Of a stretch of DNA of 64,000 nucleotides, positions 21,280-33,170 are shown one piece after another. The notes beneath the pieces are model-generated. The model made no database searches and was not told where the DNA came from. It worked only from the letters and a program-made list of their open reading frames with translations. Source of the stretch: Candidatus Eiseniibacteriota bacterium (GTDB lineage: Bacteria > Eisenbacteria > RBG-16-71-46). Position numbers and translations under genes: made by a program. The stretch's first letter is position 1; each line of letters begins with the position of its first letter. The stretch lies in assembly GCA_963717935.1 (NCBI GenBank), contig CAVQXP010000004.1, positions 864,001 to 928,000 of the forward strand, read 5' to 3'.

Positions 21280-22707
21280 ATGAAACCGTCAGGATTGCTC
21301 GTGCTCCTCGTGTCCGCCGCGGCGCTCGCGCCTGCATCCCGGGCGCTGGCCACGGCGCCCGCGCCCGTGGTTCCCGCCGTCGCTCCGGCCGCCGACGTGC
21401 GGCTCGTGACGCTCAAGAACGGCATGCGGCTCCTGCTCGCGCCCGACTCGGCGGCCGGAGCCCTGGACGTGGCTGTCTGGTACCGGGCCGGCACGGCGCA
21501 CGAGCGCGCGGGTCTCAGCGGCATCTCCCATCTCTTCGAGCGCCTCATGTTCGCCGGCTCCGAGCATTTCGGCCCGCAGGAGCACAACCGCCTGGTGCAG
21601 GCCGAGGGTGGCCTGGCGAACGCCTACACCACGCCCGACTACGCCTGCTACTACCAGACCATCCCGTCCGGGGCGCTCGAGCTGGTCCTGAAGCTCGAGG
21701 CGGACCGCATCGCCTCGCTCAAGCTGACGGCCGCGGCGCTCGAGGCCGAAAAGCGCGTGGTTCGCGAGGAGCAGCGCTGGCGTGCCGGGGCGCCGCCGAT
21801 CGGGAACGCGCTCGATGGGCTCGGCCGCCTGGCGTGGCCTTCTCATCCCTACGGCTGGCCCATCCTCGGGCTCGACGAGGACCTCGCCCGCATCAGCCTG
21901 GCCGACTGCCAGGCCTATTATCTGGGTCACTACGCGCCCAACAACGCCACCGTGACCATCGTCGGCCGCTTCGACCCGGACCAGGCGCTGCGGGCTGCGA
22001 AGCGCTGGCTCGAACCGCTCAAGCGCCGTCGTGTCGCGAACGACGCGGCGCTTGCCGAGCCCGCGCAGAAGACCGGGCGGCGCGCCTTCGAGCGCAGGGA
22101 CGTACCGTTCGGCGCGCTGCTCGCGGGCTGGAAGACCCCCGGCCGCGCGGACCCGGACAGCCCCGCGCTCGGCCTGCTCTCCCGGATCCTCACCGGGGGG
22201 CCGGCCTCGCGCCTGCAACGCGCCCTCACGGCGGAGCCGCTGCGGTGTGTCCATGTCCAGGGCGCTCTGGATGGCCGGCGCGAGAGCGGCCTGCTCTACG
22301 CCATGGCCGTGCTGAGGCCCGGCGCGGACAGCGCGGGCGTCGAGCGCGTGCTCGTCGAGGAGGTCGAGAAGCTCGCACGGGAGCCGGTGGGTGAGGAGGA
22401 GCTGGAGCGCGTCCGGCGGCAGGAGGAGATCGGCACGCTGCTCGCGTGGCAGACGGCTCGCGGTCGCGCCGAGGCGCTGGGTTCGGCCCAGCTCGTCGAG
22501 GGTGACTGGCGCGCGGCCGCGCGCCGCCTCGAGCGGATGCGCCAGCTCACGCCGGCCGACCTGCAGCGCGCCGCGGCGCGGGTGCTCGTCAGCGCGGGGA
22601 GCAACGTGCTCTGGGTCGCGCCCGAGAAGCTGCCCGCCGGTGTTCCGGCAGGGACTGGTGGTGGAGGGCCCGGGCCCGGTGGCCCGCCCGCCGAGGGAGG
22701 ACGCTGA
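21280..22707 (+). CDS. M16 (pitrilysin/insulinase) family protein, catalytic-type subunit with altered motif HLFER
   Basis: TLKNGMRL, WYRAGTAHE, GISHLFERLMF, NAYTT, LEADR, YAPNNA. Confidence 0.9.
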   Translation: MKPSGLLVLLVSAAALAPASRALATAPAPVVPAVAPAADVRLVTLKNGMRLLLAPDSAAGALDVAVWYRAGTAHERAGLSGISHLFERLMFAGSEHFGPQEHNRLVQAEGGLANAYTTPDYACYYQTIPSGALELVLKLEADRIASLKLTAAALEAEKRVVREEQRWRAGAPPIGNALDGLGRLAWPSHPYGWPILGLDEDLARISLADCQAYYLGHYAPNNATVTIVGRFDPDQALRAAKRWLEPLKRRRVANDAALAEPAQKTGRRAFERRDVPFGALLAGWKTPGRADPDSPALGLLSRILTGGPASRLQRALTAEPLRCVHVQGALDGRRESGLLYAMAVLRPGADSAGVERVLVEEVEKLAREPVGEEELERVRRQEEIGTLLAWQTARGRAEALGSAQLVEGDWRAAARRLERMRQLTPADLQRAAARVLVSAGSNVLWVAPEKLPAGVPAGTGGGGPGPGGPPAEGGR

Positions 22708-22709
22708 TC

Positions 22710-24896
22710 ATGGCCACGCTCACCAGAACGCTCGCCCGCACCTTCGCTCCGGCCCTCGTGGCCACGCTGTCCGTTGGTTCCGCCGGGGTCTTCGCGGCGG
22801 AACTGCCCGCCTTCCGCGCGCCGGTCCCGGTGGTCCGCACGCTGCCGAACGGGCTTCGGGTCGCCGTCTTCGAGGACCGGCGGCTTCCCCTGGTCCAGAT
22901 GCAGTTGCTGCTGCCCGCCGGTGTCGCGCAGGAGAGGGCGGAGACGCCGGGAGCGGCCAGCGCCACGGTCCAGCTCCTGCGCGCCGGCACCAGCTCGCGC
23001 ACTGCCGGGGCCTTCGCGGCCGACGTGGACTACCTCGGCGGCAGCATCAGCGGCGCCGCCACCCGCGACTACTCCGCCGTGAGCGGGACGTTCCTCTCGT
23101 CCGATTTCGAAGCGGGACTCGAGTTGCTCGCGGACGCCGTCGTGAATCCCGTCTTCCCGCCCGAGGAGGTGGAGCGCTTCCGCGCGCAGTCCGCGGGCCT
23201 GCTGCTTCCTGCGCTCCAGAACCCCGCCGCGCAGGCGGAGGACCAGCTCTGGGCCCTCGCGTTCCAGGGGCATCCGTACGAGCGGAATTCGCTGGGCACG
23301 CTCGAGTCGCTGGGACGACTGGACCGTGAAGCGGTGAGGGTGTTCCACCGTGATTTCTACCGTCCCGACCTGGCTGTCCTCGCGATCGCGGGGGACGTGG
23401 ACCTCGAACGCGCCTTCGCCGTCGCGAGCGACCGCTTCGGCAGCTGGGCGGGCCGGGCCGCCACGCCACCCCGCCCGCCCCTGCCCGCTCCACCGGCCGC
23501 GATGCGGATCCAGCTCGTGGACCGCCCGGGCCTGACCCGGAGCGAGGTGCGCATCGGCCTCGTCTGTCCGTCGCGCGCCGACCCGGACGCCCTGCCGCTG
23601 CAGGTGGCGAACTACGTCCTCGGCGGCGGGTTCTCATCGCGGTTCACCCAGTCGCCGCAGGTGACCGGTGGCGGGCCCCACGACGTACGCAGCAGCTACA
23701 CCATCCTGCGCGATGCCGGCCTGGTCAGTCTCGGGGCCGTGGCCCGCAATGACTCCGTCGGCATCCTCGTGGCCGGCATGCGCGACGAACTCGCGCGGCT
23801 GCGCACGCGGCCCCCGGACGAGGCGGAGGTGGCGGCCGCGCGGCGCTGCTTCGTGAACAACTACCCGCTCCAGTTCCAGACGCCGGGGGCGCTCATCGCG
23901 CAGTGGATGGGCGCGGACTTCTACGGTCTCACCTCCGCCTGGCTCGACCACTACGTCGAGAGCGTCGGCGCGGTGACGGCCGCGCAGGTGGCCGACGCCG
24001 CGTCCCGCTGGCTGGATCCCGCGCGCTGCGTGGTGGTCGTGGTCGGCCCCGCCGCCGAGCTGAGGGAGCAACTCGAGGCCCTGGGTCCGGTGGAGGCCGC
24101 CGGTGCCGGGGCCGGAGCCGAAGCCGCCGCCGCGACTCCAGCCGCACCGCCTCCGGCCAGCCTCGAACAGAAGAAGCGCGGACGCGAGCTGCTGGCCCGG
24201 GCCCTCACCGCGCACGGCGGCCTCGAACGACTGCGCCGCGTGGAGGACACGACCCTCGAGGGCGACATGCTCTTGCAGCTGGACGGCAATATCCTCACGG
24301 TCCAGACGCGGCAGATCCGCAAGGAACCGTTCCGCATGAGATACAGCACGCGTGCTTCGAGCCTGGAGAACGGCCAGGTTCTCAACGGCACGCGGGGCTG
24401 GATGTACTCGAGCATCGACGACTCGATGCAGGTGATGGAGGTGGACAGCGCGGGCATCGAGGCCCTGCGCGCGGTCTTCCGCTCGGACGTGGTGCATTCG
24501 CTGCTGGCCGCGGCCGAGCCAGCCACCGAGGTCGCCTGGCTCGGGCCGGGCCGGGCCGACGGCCGCGCGGCCGACGTGCTCGAGGTGACCGCCGCCGCGC
24601 CCCCCGGGGGAGGGCCCCCGGAGCAGCGCCTCCTCTATCTCGACGCCACGGACCACCGGCTGATCGCCGAGGATCTGGGGGATGCCGGGATGCGGGCGAG
24701 CCGCGGAGCGGTGCGCCGCGTCTACCGCGACTACCGCACGGTGGCTGGCGTGCCCTGGCCGTTCTACGAGGAGCGCCTGCGCGGTGGCACGAAGACGGTG
24801 ACCCTCAGTCTGCGGAGCGTGACCATCAACACCGGGGTGAGCGACCTGATGTTCGAGCCGCCCGCGCAGCCGGTGAAGGACCAGCCGCTGCGCTAG
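22710..24896 (+). CDS. M16 non-catalytic subunit fused to a C-terminal LolA-like/lipoprotein-sorting-type domain
   Basis: LPNGLRV, FPPEEVER, FYRPD, NYVLGGGFSSR, no HxxEH; C-terminal AHGGLERL...DYRTVAGVPWPF...INTGVSDLMF. Confidence 0.8.
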   Translation: MATLTRTLARTFAPALVATLSVGSAGVFAAELPAFRAPVPVVRTLPNGLRVAVFEDRRLPLVQMQLLLPAGVAQERAETPGAASATVQLLRAGTSSRTAGAFAADVDYLGGSISGAATRDYSAVSGTFLSSDFEAGLELLADAVVNPVFPPEEVERFRAQSAGLLLPALQNPAAQAEDQLWALAFQGHPYERNSLGTLESLGRLDREAVRVFHRDFYRPDLAVLAIAGDVDLERAFAVASDRFGSWAGRAATPPRPPLPAPPAAMRIQLVDRPGLTRSEVRIGLVCPSRADPDALPLQVANYVLGGGFSSRFTQSPQVTGGGPHDVRSSYTILRDAGLVSLGAVARNDSVGILVAGMRDELARLRTRPPDEAEVAAARRCFVNNYPLQFQTPGALIAQWMGADFYGLTSAWLDHYVESVGAVTAAQVADAASRWLDPARCVVVVVGPAAELREQLEALGPVEAAGAGAGAEAAAATPAAPPPASLEQKKRGRELLARALTAHGGLERLRRVEDTTLEGDMLLQLDGNILTVQTRQIRKEPFRMRYSTRASSLENGQVLNGTRGWMYSSIDDSMQVMEVDSAGIEALRAVFRSDVVHSLLAAAEPATEVAWLGPGRADGRAADVLEVTAAAPPGGGPPEQRLLYLDATDHRLIAEDLGDAGMRASRGAVRRVYRDYRTVAGVPWPFYEERLRGGTKTVTLSLRSVTINTGVSDLMFEPPAQPVKDQPLR

Positions 24897-24977
24897 CCTG
24901 GAGCCGCGGGCCCGGTCGCGACAGGAGCGCCTCGAAATCGGGTCTCAGGGGCCCGGCCGGAGATCGGCCGGGCCTCT

Positions 24978-25006
24978 TTGTGCCCTGCGTACATCCCCGC
25001 TATCCT
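24978..25006 (+). promoter_or_regulatory. sigma70-type promoter for ppdK (near-leaderless)
   Basis: TTGTGC-17 bp-TATCCT, 9 nt before the ATG, no Shine-Dalgarno. Confidence 0.5.
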
Positions 25007-25015
25007 GCACTCCCT

Positions 25016-27905
<2,890 letters not shown>

Positions 27906-27928
27906 GCCGAAGCGGGATCGGGAAGTGG

Positions 27929-27956
27929 GAGGGCCGGGGCGCAAGCCCCGGCCCTT
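27929..27956. terminator. hairpin between convergent genes
   Basis: GGGCCGGGGC-GCAA-GCCCCGGCCC-TT with a GNRA loop. Confidence 0.7.
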
Positions 27957-27977
27957 CGCGTCGTGCGCCAGGTCGCG

Positions 27978-28670
27978 CTAGGGACTCGCCGCTGTCGGGC
28001 CGGTTCCAGGGTCGGAGCGCTCGGGGTGGTGGAGCCGTGCGGCCAGCTCGGCCACGACCGGCCCCCAATCGCCCGACGGGTCGGCGGTCTGTGCGGCGTG
28101 GAACTCGGCGAGGGCGTCCCAGGGCATGCCCCACGTGACGTAGCGGTGCGCCCACGTCGCGTGGACCCGCGCCCGCCAGGCGGGCGTCGTCGTCATCCGT
28201 CTCGCGACATCCAACTGTTCGAGGGACTCGCGCATCAGGGCGACGCGCTCGAAGCTCGAGCGCGTGGCGAGTCCCATGAGATCAAGGCGGGGCCGGCTCT
28301 GGATGGCCGCGTTGTGCAGGGCGGTGGAGTACTCAACGTGGGCCGCCGCGGAGGCTCCAGGGAAGCTCGACGCGTGGAGGAAGTAGGCCAGGCTCAGGTC
28401 CGCGCGGCCCGCGCCGAAGAGCTGTATCCCGCGCTGCCGGGCCTCGTCGGGCCCGAGCCGGGCGATCGAATCGGGGACAGCCGCCGCGCTGCCGTGCGCG
28501 CGGGGTCCACGCCGGCCCCACGACCGCAGGACGAGGACGCCGGCCACGACGACGGCGAGCGCCAGCGCCAACGCCACGAGCCCGCGCGCCGGCAGGGCGG
28601 GCCGGGCCCGTCGTGCCGGCGCGTCCGAGCGGGGCGCGCGTCCGGCCCGCGCGCGGCGGCGGGCGCTCAC
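27978..28670 (-). CDS. membrane-anchored helical (TPR-like) hypothetical protein, paralog A
   Basis: GTGA overlap with upstream gene; basic N-terminus, one TM helix; YSTALHNA, RSSFERVALMRE, WGMPWD. Confidence 0.7.
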   Translation of the reverse strand: MSARRRARAGRAPRSDAPARRARPALPARGLVALALALAVVVAGVLVLRSWGRRGPRAHGSAAAVPDSIARLGPDEARQRGIQLFGAGRADLSLAYFLHASSFPGASAAAHVEYSTALHNAAIQSRPRLDLMGLATRSSFERVALMRESLEQLDVARRMTTTPAWRARVHATWAHRYVTWGMPWDALAEFHAAQTADPSGDWGPVVAELAARLHHPERSDPGTGPTAASP

Positions 28671-29389
28671 TTCGCCTCGGGCGTCGCACGCGCGGGCGTC
28701 GTGCCACCGCTCGGGCCGACCAGGGCCGGCGAGCGCAGCAGGTCCATGTACCGGTCCGCCTGCAGGGCCAGTGCGCGGTCTGCGGGGTCGGCGAACTGGG
28801 CCTCGCGGTAGGCCGCGAAGGTCTCCCAGGGCAGTCCCCAGAGCCAGAGCATCCGGGCGCGGGTGGTTCTCGCCAGCGCGAGATCGCGCGGCGTGCGTGC
28901 CAGCCGCTCGGCAGCGAGGATCTCCTGCACGGCCTCGCGCATGCACGCGATCCGCTCCCAGCTCGAGCGCACGGCATACACGGGCAGACCGTTGCGCGCC
29001 TCGATCTCGAGGGTCGCGTTGTAGAGCGCCGTGCCGTAGTTGAAGTGGAGCTGCCAGAAGTCCGCGCGCACGTTCCGGAGCGACTGCCGGTAGTAGGGCA
29101 GGCTCGCGACGTGGCGGTTGGCCAGGCTCAGGGAGTCCGCGGTCCTGAAGACGGTCTCCGGGTCCAGCGCGGCGATGGCGCCGTTCACTGGCGCCGGTCC
29201 GGAGGTCGCGAGCGGCCCGCGCGTCAGCCGGCGGCCGAGGAACCAGGAGCCCGCAGCGACCACGACGATCGCGATCGCGATCCACGCGATTCGGCGCGCG
29301 CGCGGACCAGGCGGCCACCCGGTGCCCTGGTCTCCGCGGAGCGGCCCCGTGCCTGCGGCCGCGGCCCGCCGCCCGCGCCGCCGGCTCAT
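28667..29389 (-). CDS. membrane-anchored helical (TPR-like) hypothetical protein, paralog B
   Basis: ATGA overlap; basic N-terminus, one TM helix; YGTALYNA, RSSWERIACMRE, WGLPWE. Confidence 0.72.
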   Translation of the reverse strand: MSRRRGRRAAAAGTGPLRGDQGTGWPPGPRARRIAWIAIAIVVVAAGSWFLGRRLTRGPLATSGPAPVNGAIAALDPETVFRTADSLSLANRHVASLPYYRQSLRNVRADFWQLHFNYGTALYNATLEIEARNGLPVYAVRSSWERIACMREAVQEILAAERLARTPRDLALARTTRARMLWLWGLPWETFAAYREAQFADPADRALALQADRYMDLLRSPALVGPSGGTTPARATPEAK

Positions 29390-31495
29390 CGCGCGCTCCC
29401 GGTCAGCCGCACGGCTGCCTGCCGCGTGCCGGGCGGCGCCAGCACAACGCGGTCCGAGCCACCGCGCACCAGCGGTGCCGCCGGTACGTCCGCGAGACGT
29501 GTCCCGGGCGGGAGCGTGAGCGAGGTCCACACCGGCACAGCGCTCCAAGTCCAGCGGGCGCCGTCGCCCTGGCGGTGGAACTCGAGATCCATCAGGCCCC
29601 AGCGCGTGGGGGCGCGCTGCACGCGGGCGCCGTTCCACCAGCGGGCGCGGGCGCCGAGCGTGAGCCTCAGCGTGTCCTCGTCGTCGAAGACGAGCGCGTC
29701 GCGCAGGAGATTCGCCAGGGCGGCCGCGCTCGTGCCGTGCGGCGGAAGGTTCACGCCGAAGTCGCGGGTGGAGCGCGAGAACAACTCGGCCCCGCCGCCG
29801 CTCGCGGTGCGCCAGTGCAGCATGGCCTCGAGCACGCTGTCCGCCGCCGCCGGCTCGCCCGCGAGCAACGCCCACGTCGCGAGGTCGGCCCCCACGTAGT
29901 GCTGCAGCGTGTCGGGCGAGCCATACGTCGTGAGCCCCGGGCCGCCTGCGGCCACCCAGATGCGCCGTGCCATGGCCCTGACCCGCGGGTCACCGGCGGG
30001 CAGCACGCCGCAGGGATGGGTGACGGCGACGTTGCCCCAGTCCCGGCCGATGCCCTGCCAGGAGGGGGGTACGTCGCGGTGTTTCACGCGCTCGAGCGCC
30101 TTCATGAAGTCAGCCAGGTACACCGCGCGCGAACGTTCGACCTCGTCCGCCTGTGCCGTGCGGCCCGCGGCCGCCAGCAGGCGCGCCGCGGAGCGGTATC
30201 CCGCCAGGGCCCAGGCGTCGTTGCCCAGGAGTTGGGCCCGCACCAGCTCGCCGTCGCGCGGATCCGCATAAGGAAGGAGCGGTGCCGAACTCCCACCCCG
30301 ACTGGCGGCCCAGCTCACGCTGCCACTCGACCCAGCGCCAGGCGCGCTCGGCCGCGGACGCGAAGCGGCCGACGGAATCGTCGGCCGCAGGTCTGAGAAG
30401 GGCCTGCTCGAACGCCCACAGGGCCTGCCCGGTACCGTCGAGTTGTCCGCGCTGGCTCAGGAAGGCGCCCTGCGGCCATTGCAGGCCCTCGAAGCCGGCG
30501 CACAGATCGCGCGCCTCGCGGGTGTAGCCCAGCACGGCGAGCGCGCGGATCGAGCGGGCCCCATCGCGCAGCCAGACGTCGCGGTACTGGAAGGGATTCG
30601 CGATCGGCACCCAGACCGGGCCGCGGCGCTCGCGCAGCGACAGGAGCGTCACCCGCGCAGCGCGCAGCGCGCACTCCACTTCCGGGTCGCCGAGGTCGAA
30701 GCGCGCGCCCCGCGCCACCTCCCGCTCCCAGTACGTGCGCGCTTCGGTGGCCCGACGCGCGTGCGGGACGCGCGCCCAGCGGGCCAGAGCGCGCGCCGTG
30801 CCGGGGTAGGTGGGCAGGACCAGGCGCAGGCTGCGCGTGGCCCCGGGGGCGAGCGTCCACTCGTGGGTCTGCGCGCGTCCCGGCGACGGCATCGCCCCCC
30901 CGCGTTCAGCGCACCAGCCCTGCACCGTGTCGGGCGTCTCGCCCTCGCCCCAGCGCAGCACGCGGGGCCGCTCTTCCGCGGCGTCGAAGGCCACGAAGGC
31001 CGGCTGCCATGGAGGCTCGAGACGGACCTCGAGGCGGACGCTGCAGGCGGCGCCGCCGGTGTTGGTCGCCCGGACCAGGACCGAGGCGACCAGGCCTGAG
31101 TCGCGCGGAGCGGGCTCGGGAAGCGCGACGGCCTCGAAGTCCCAGCGCACGTCGCCCGAGCGGCGCGTCCAGTGCGCCACCGGGCACCAGCGCTCCTCGA
31201 AGGCGACGACGTGCGGCGCAGCGGCGGAGTCGGCGCCGGCCGAAGGGATGAGCCGCACCTGCCACTCGCCGTTGTAGAGGTCCCCGGCCGGCGTGATCTG
31301 CCAGGCCCGCGTGGCGCCCGGCCACATCAGCGCCGCGGTCGAGCGCGCGTAGGCCTCGGGGATCGAATCGGGGTCGAAGCGCTGCGCCCGCGGGCCGGGG
31401 CCGGACGGGGCGCAGCCGCCGAGCAGCAGGGCGGTCGCCAGGGTGACCGGCAGGATCGTGGAGAGGTGGAGTCGCAGGCGCAATCGGAGGCTCAT
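29386..31495 (-). CDS. lipoprotein with putative six-hairpin (alpha/alpha)6 glycosidase-like domain (apparent +1 frameshift near 30290)
   Basis: LLLGG-C lipobox; NPFQYRDVWLRDGA...ALAVLG...EAR, QLDGTGQALWA, NDAWALAG, PPHG, RAPTRWG. Confidence 0.7.
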
Positions 31496-31601
31496 GGGTG
31501 ATTCCCCGGAACGCGGGTCGGGCGCAGCCGCGCCCGCAGGTGATCACGCGATCCACGATACACGCTGGTCCCGGCGCTGACGAGTCGGGAAGGCGGCCCG
31601 T

Positions 31602-31630
31602 TTGCCGCCCCCGTGCCCGGCCCTTATCCT
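31602..31630 (+). promoter_or_regulatory. sigma70-type promoter
   Basis: TTGCCG-17 bp-TATCCT. Confidence 0.55.
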
Positions 31631-31686
31631 TTCCGCCAGCCTGGCCCGCCGGCCCGTGGCCGGGGGGTGACCCTGCCGGAGGCCCC

Positions 31687-32602
31687 GTGTACATCGAGGA
31701 GTACCTGCAGGACCTGCGCCGCGACGGCTTCGCGCCGCGCGCCATCGTGCGCTACGTGCGGCGCGCCTTCGCGCGGGCGCGCGAGGGCATGATCGCCAAC
31801 CCGGGGGCGGCCCGCTCGATCTGGAGCCTGGGGCTCGTCTTCTTCTCCCTGTGCTTCGTGGGCTCGACGGCCATCGCCCTGTGGGACGGGCGGCGCCTCG
31901 CGCTCGACTTCTTCCTCTTCACCACGCTGGCGATGCTGCCCGTCTTCGCGGCCGTCACGCTGCACCTCGATCTGCTGCGCGACCGCGAGGGCTACCGGCT
32001 CTCGGCCGTGAACCTCCCCACCGCCCTCACGCTGCTGCGCTTCTGCCTCGCCCCGGGCATCGCGCTGTTCCTCGCCGAGCACCACTACGCGCTGGCCCTG
32101 GGCATCTACCTGGCCGCGGAGCTGTCCGACGTCGCCGACGGCTGGCTCGCGCGTCGCCTGAAGCAGATCACCCGCCTCGGCACGGTGCTCGATCCGCTCG
32201 TGGACATCCTCTTCAACGTGGTGGTCTTCGGCGGGCTCTTCCTGGGCCGCGTCATCCCGACCTGGGTGCTGGGCGTGGCGCTGCTGCGCTACGCGGATCT
32301 TCCTCTTCGGCGGAGCGTGCCTGTACCTGTTCGTGGGGCCGGTGACCATCCGGCCCACGCTGTTCGGGCGGCTGAGCGGCGTGGTGATGGTGGGGCTCAC
32401 TGCCTTCCTGCTGCTGCTCCACGCGCTGCGCGCGCACTGGATGGACCGCCTCGCGCCGCTCACCACCCTCGCGCTCGGCGCGTTGCTGCTGGTGGCGGTG
32501 GGACAGGTCGTGGCGCTCGGCTGGTACAACCTGCGGCTCCTGAAGGGCCAGGCCGAGGCCCAGGGCCGCGTGGTGGGCGACGTGCGCTGGGGCAAGCGTT
32601 GA
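31687..32602 (+). CDS. CDP-alcohol phosphatidyltransferase family protein with N-terminal extension (apparent +1 frameshift near 32295)
   Basis: GGAGG RBS; NLPTALTLLR; SDVADGWLARRLKQITRLGTVLDPLVD signature. Confidence 0.88.
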
Positions 32603-33141
32603 GCCAGGCCGTGCTCGAGGGTGACCTGGGCCGCTTCCAGCCGGCCGAGGTCGCCCAGCTCCTCCAGCTCGCGCAGGCCACCGGGCGGCTCGAGCTCTCG
32701 CGGCCTGCCCTCGGCGTCCCGGGCGGACCCGGCTCAGGCCGTGGCGCGGAGACGGTGGACGTGTTCTTCGTCGAGGGCCGGCCGGTGTTCGCGCGCACCA
32801 GCGGGCAGTCGGTGCGGACCGGCGAGATCCTCGTCCACCGCGGCCACGCCACGCACGAGGCGGTCATCGGCGCGCTCGAGGCACAGCGCCGCGGGGCCGG
32901 GAAGCGCATCGGCGAGGTGCTGGCGGACCGCAGCGCGGTCGCGCCCGAGCAGGTGGTCGCAGGCGGTGCACGAGTGCGTGCGCCGCATCCTCTACGGCGA
33001 TGCTGCTCTGGCGTGAGGGGCGCTTCCGCTTCTTCGCCGGCGAGCATGCACAGGACGAACGACCTGCCGCTCGACCTCGACCTCGACCGGCTCATCCTCG
33101 AGGGCCTGCGGCTGGCCGACCAGGCGAGGGCGGGGCGGTAG
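32599..33141 (+). CDS. DUF4388-like domain protein (three apparent +1 frameshifts at 32955-33055 that restore the frame)
   Basis: LEGDLGRFQPAEVAQLLQLAQATGRL, FFVEGRPVFA, GEILV, KRIGEVL, LLWREGRFRF, LILEGLRLADQ. Confidence 0.75.
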   Translation: MSQAVLEGDLGRFQPAEVAQLLQLAQATGRLELSRPALGVPGGPGSGRGAETVDVFFVEGRPVFARTSGQSVRTGEILVHRGHATHEAVIGALEAQRRGAGKRIGEVLADRSAVAPEQVVAGGARVRAPHPLRRCCSGVRGASASSPASMHRTNDLPLDLDLDRLILEGLRLADQARAGR

Positions 33142-33170
33142 CCCGGACGATCCATGGACCGCAGGACCGC

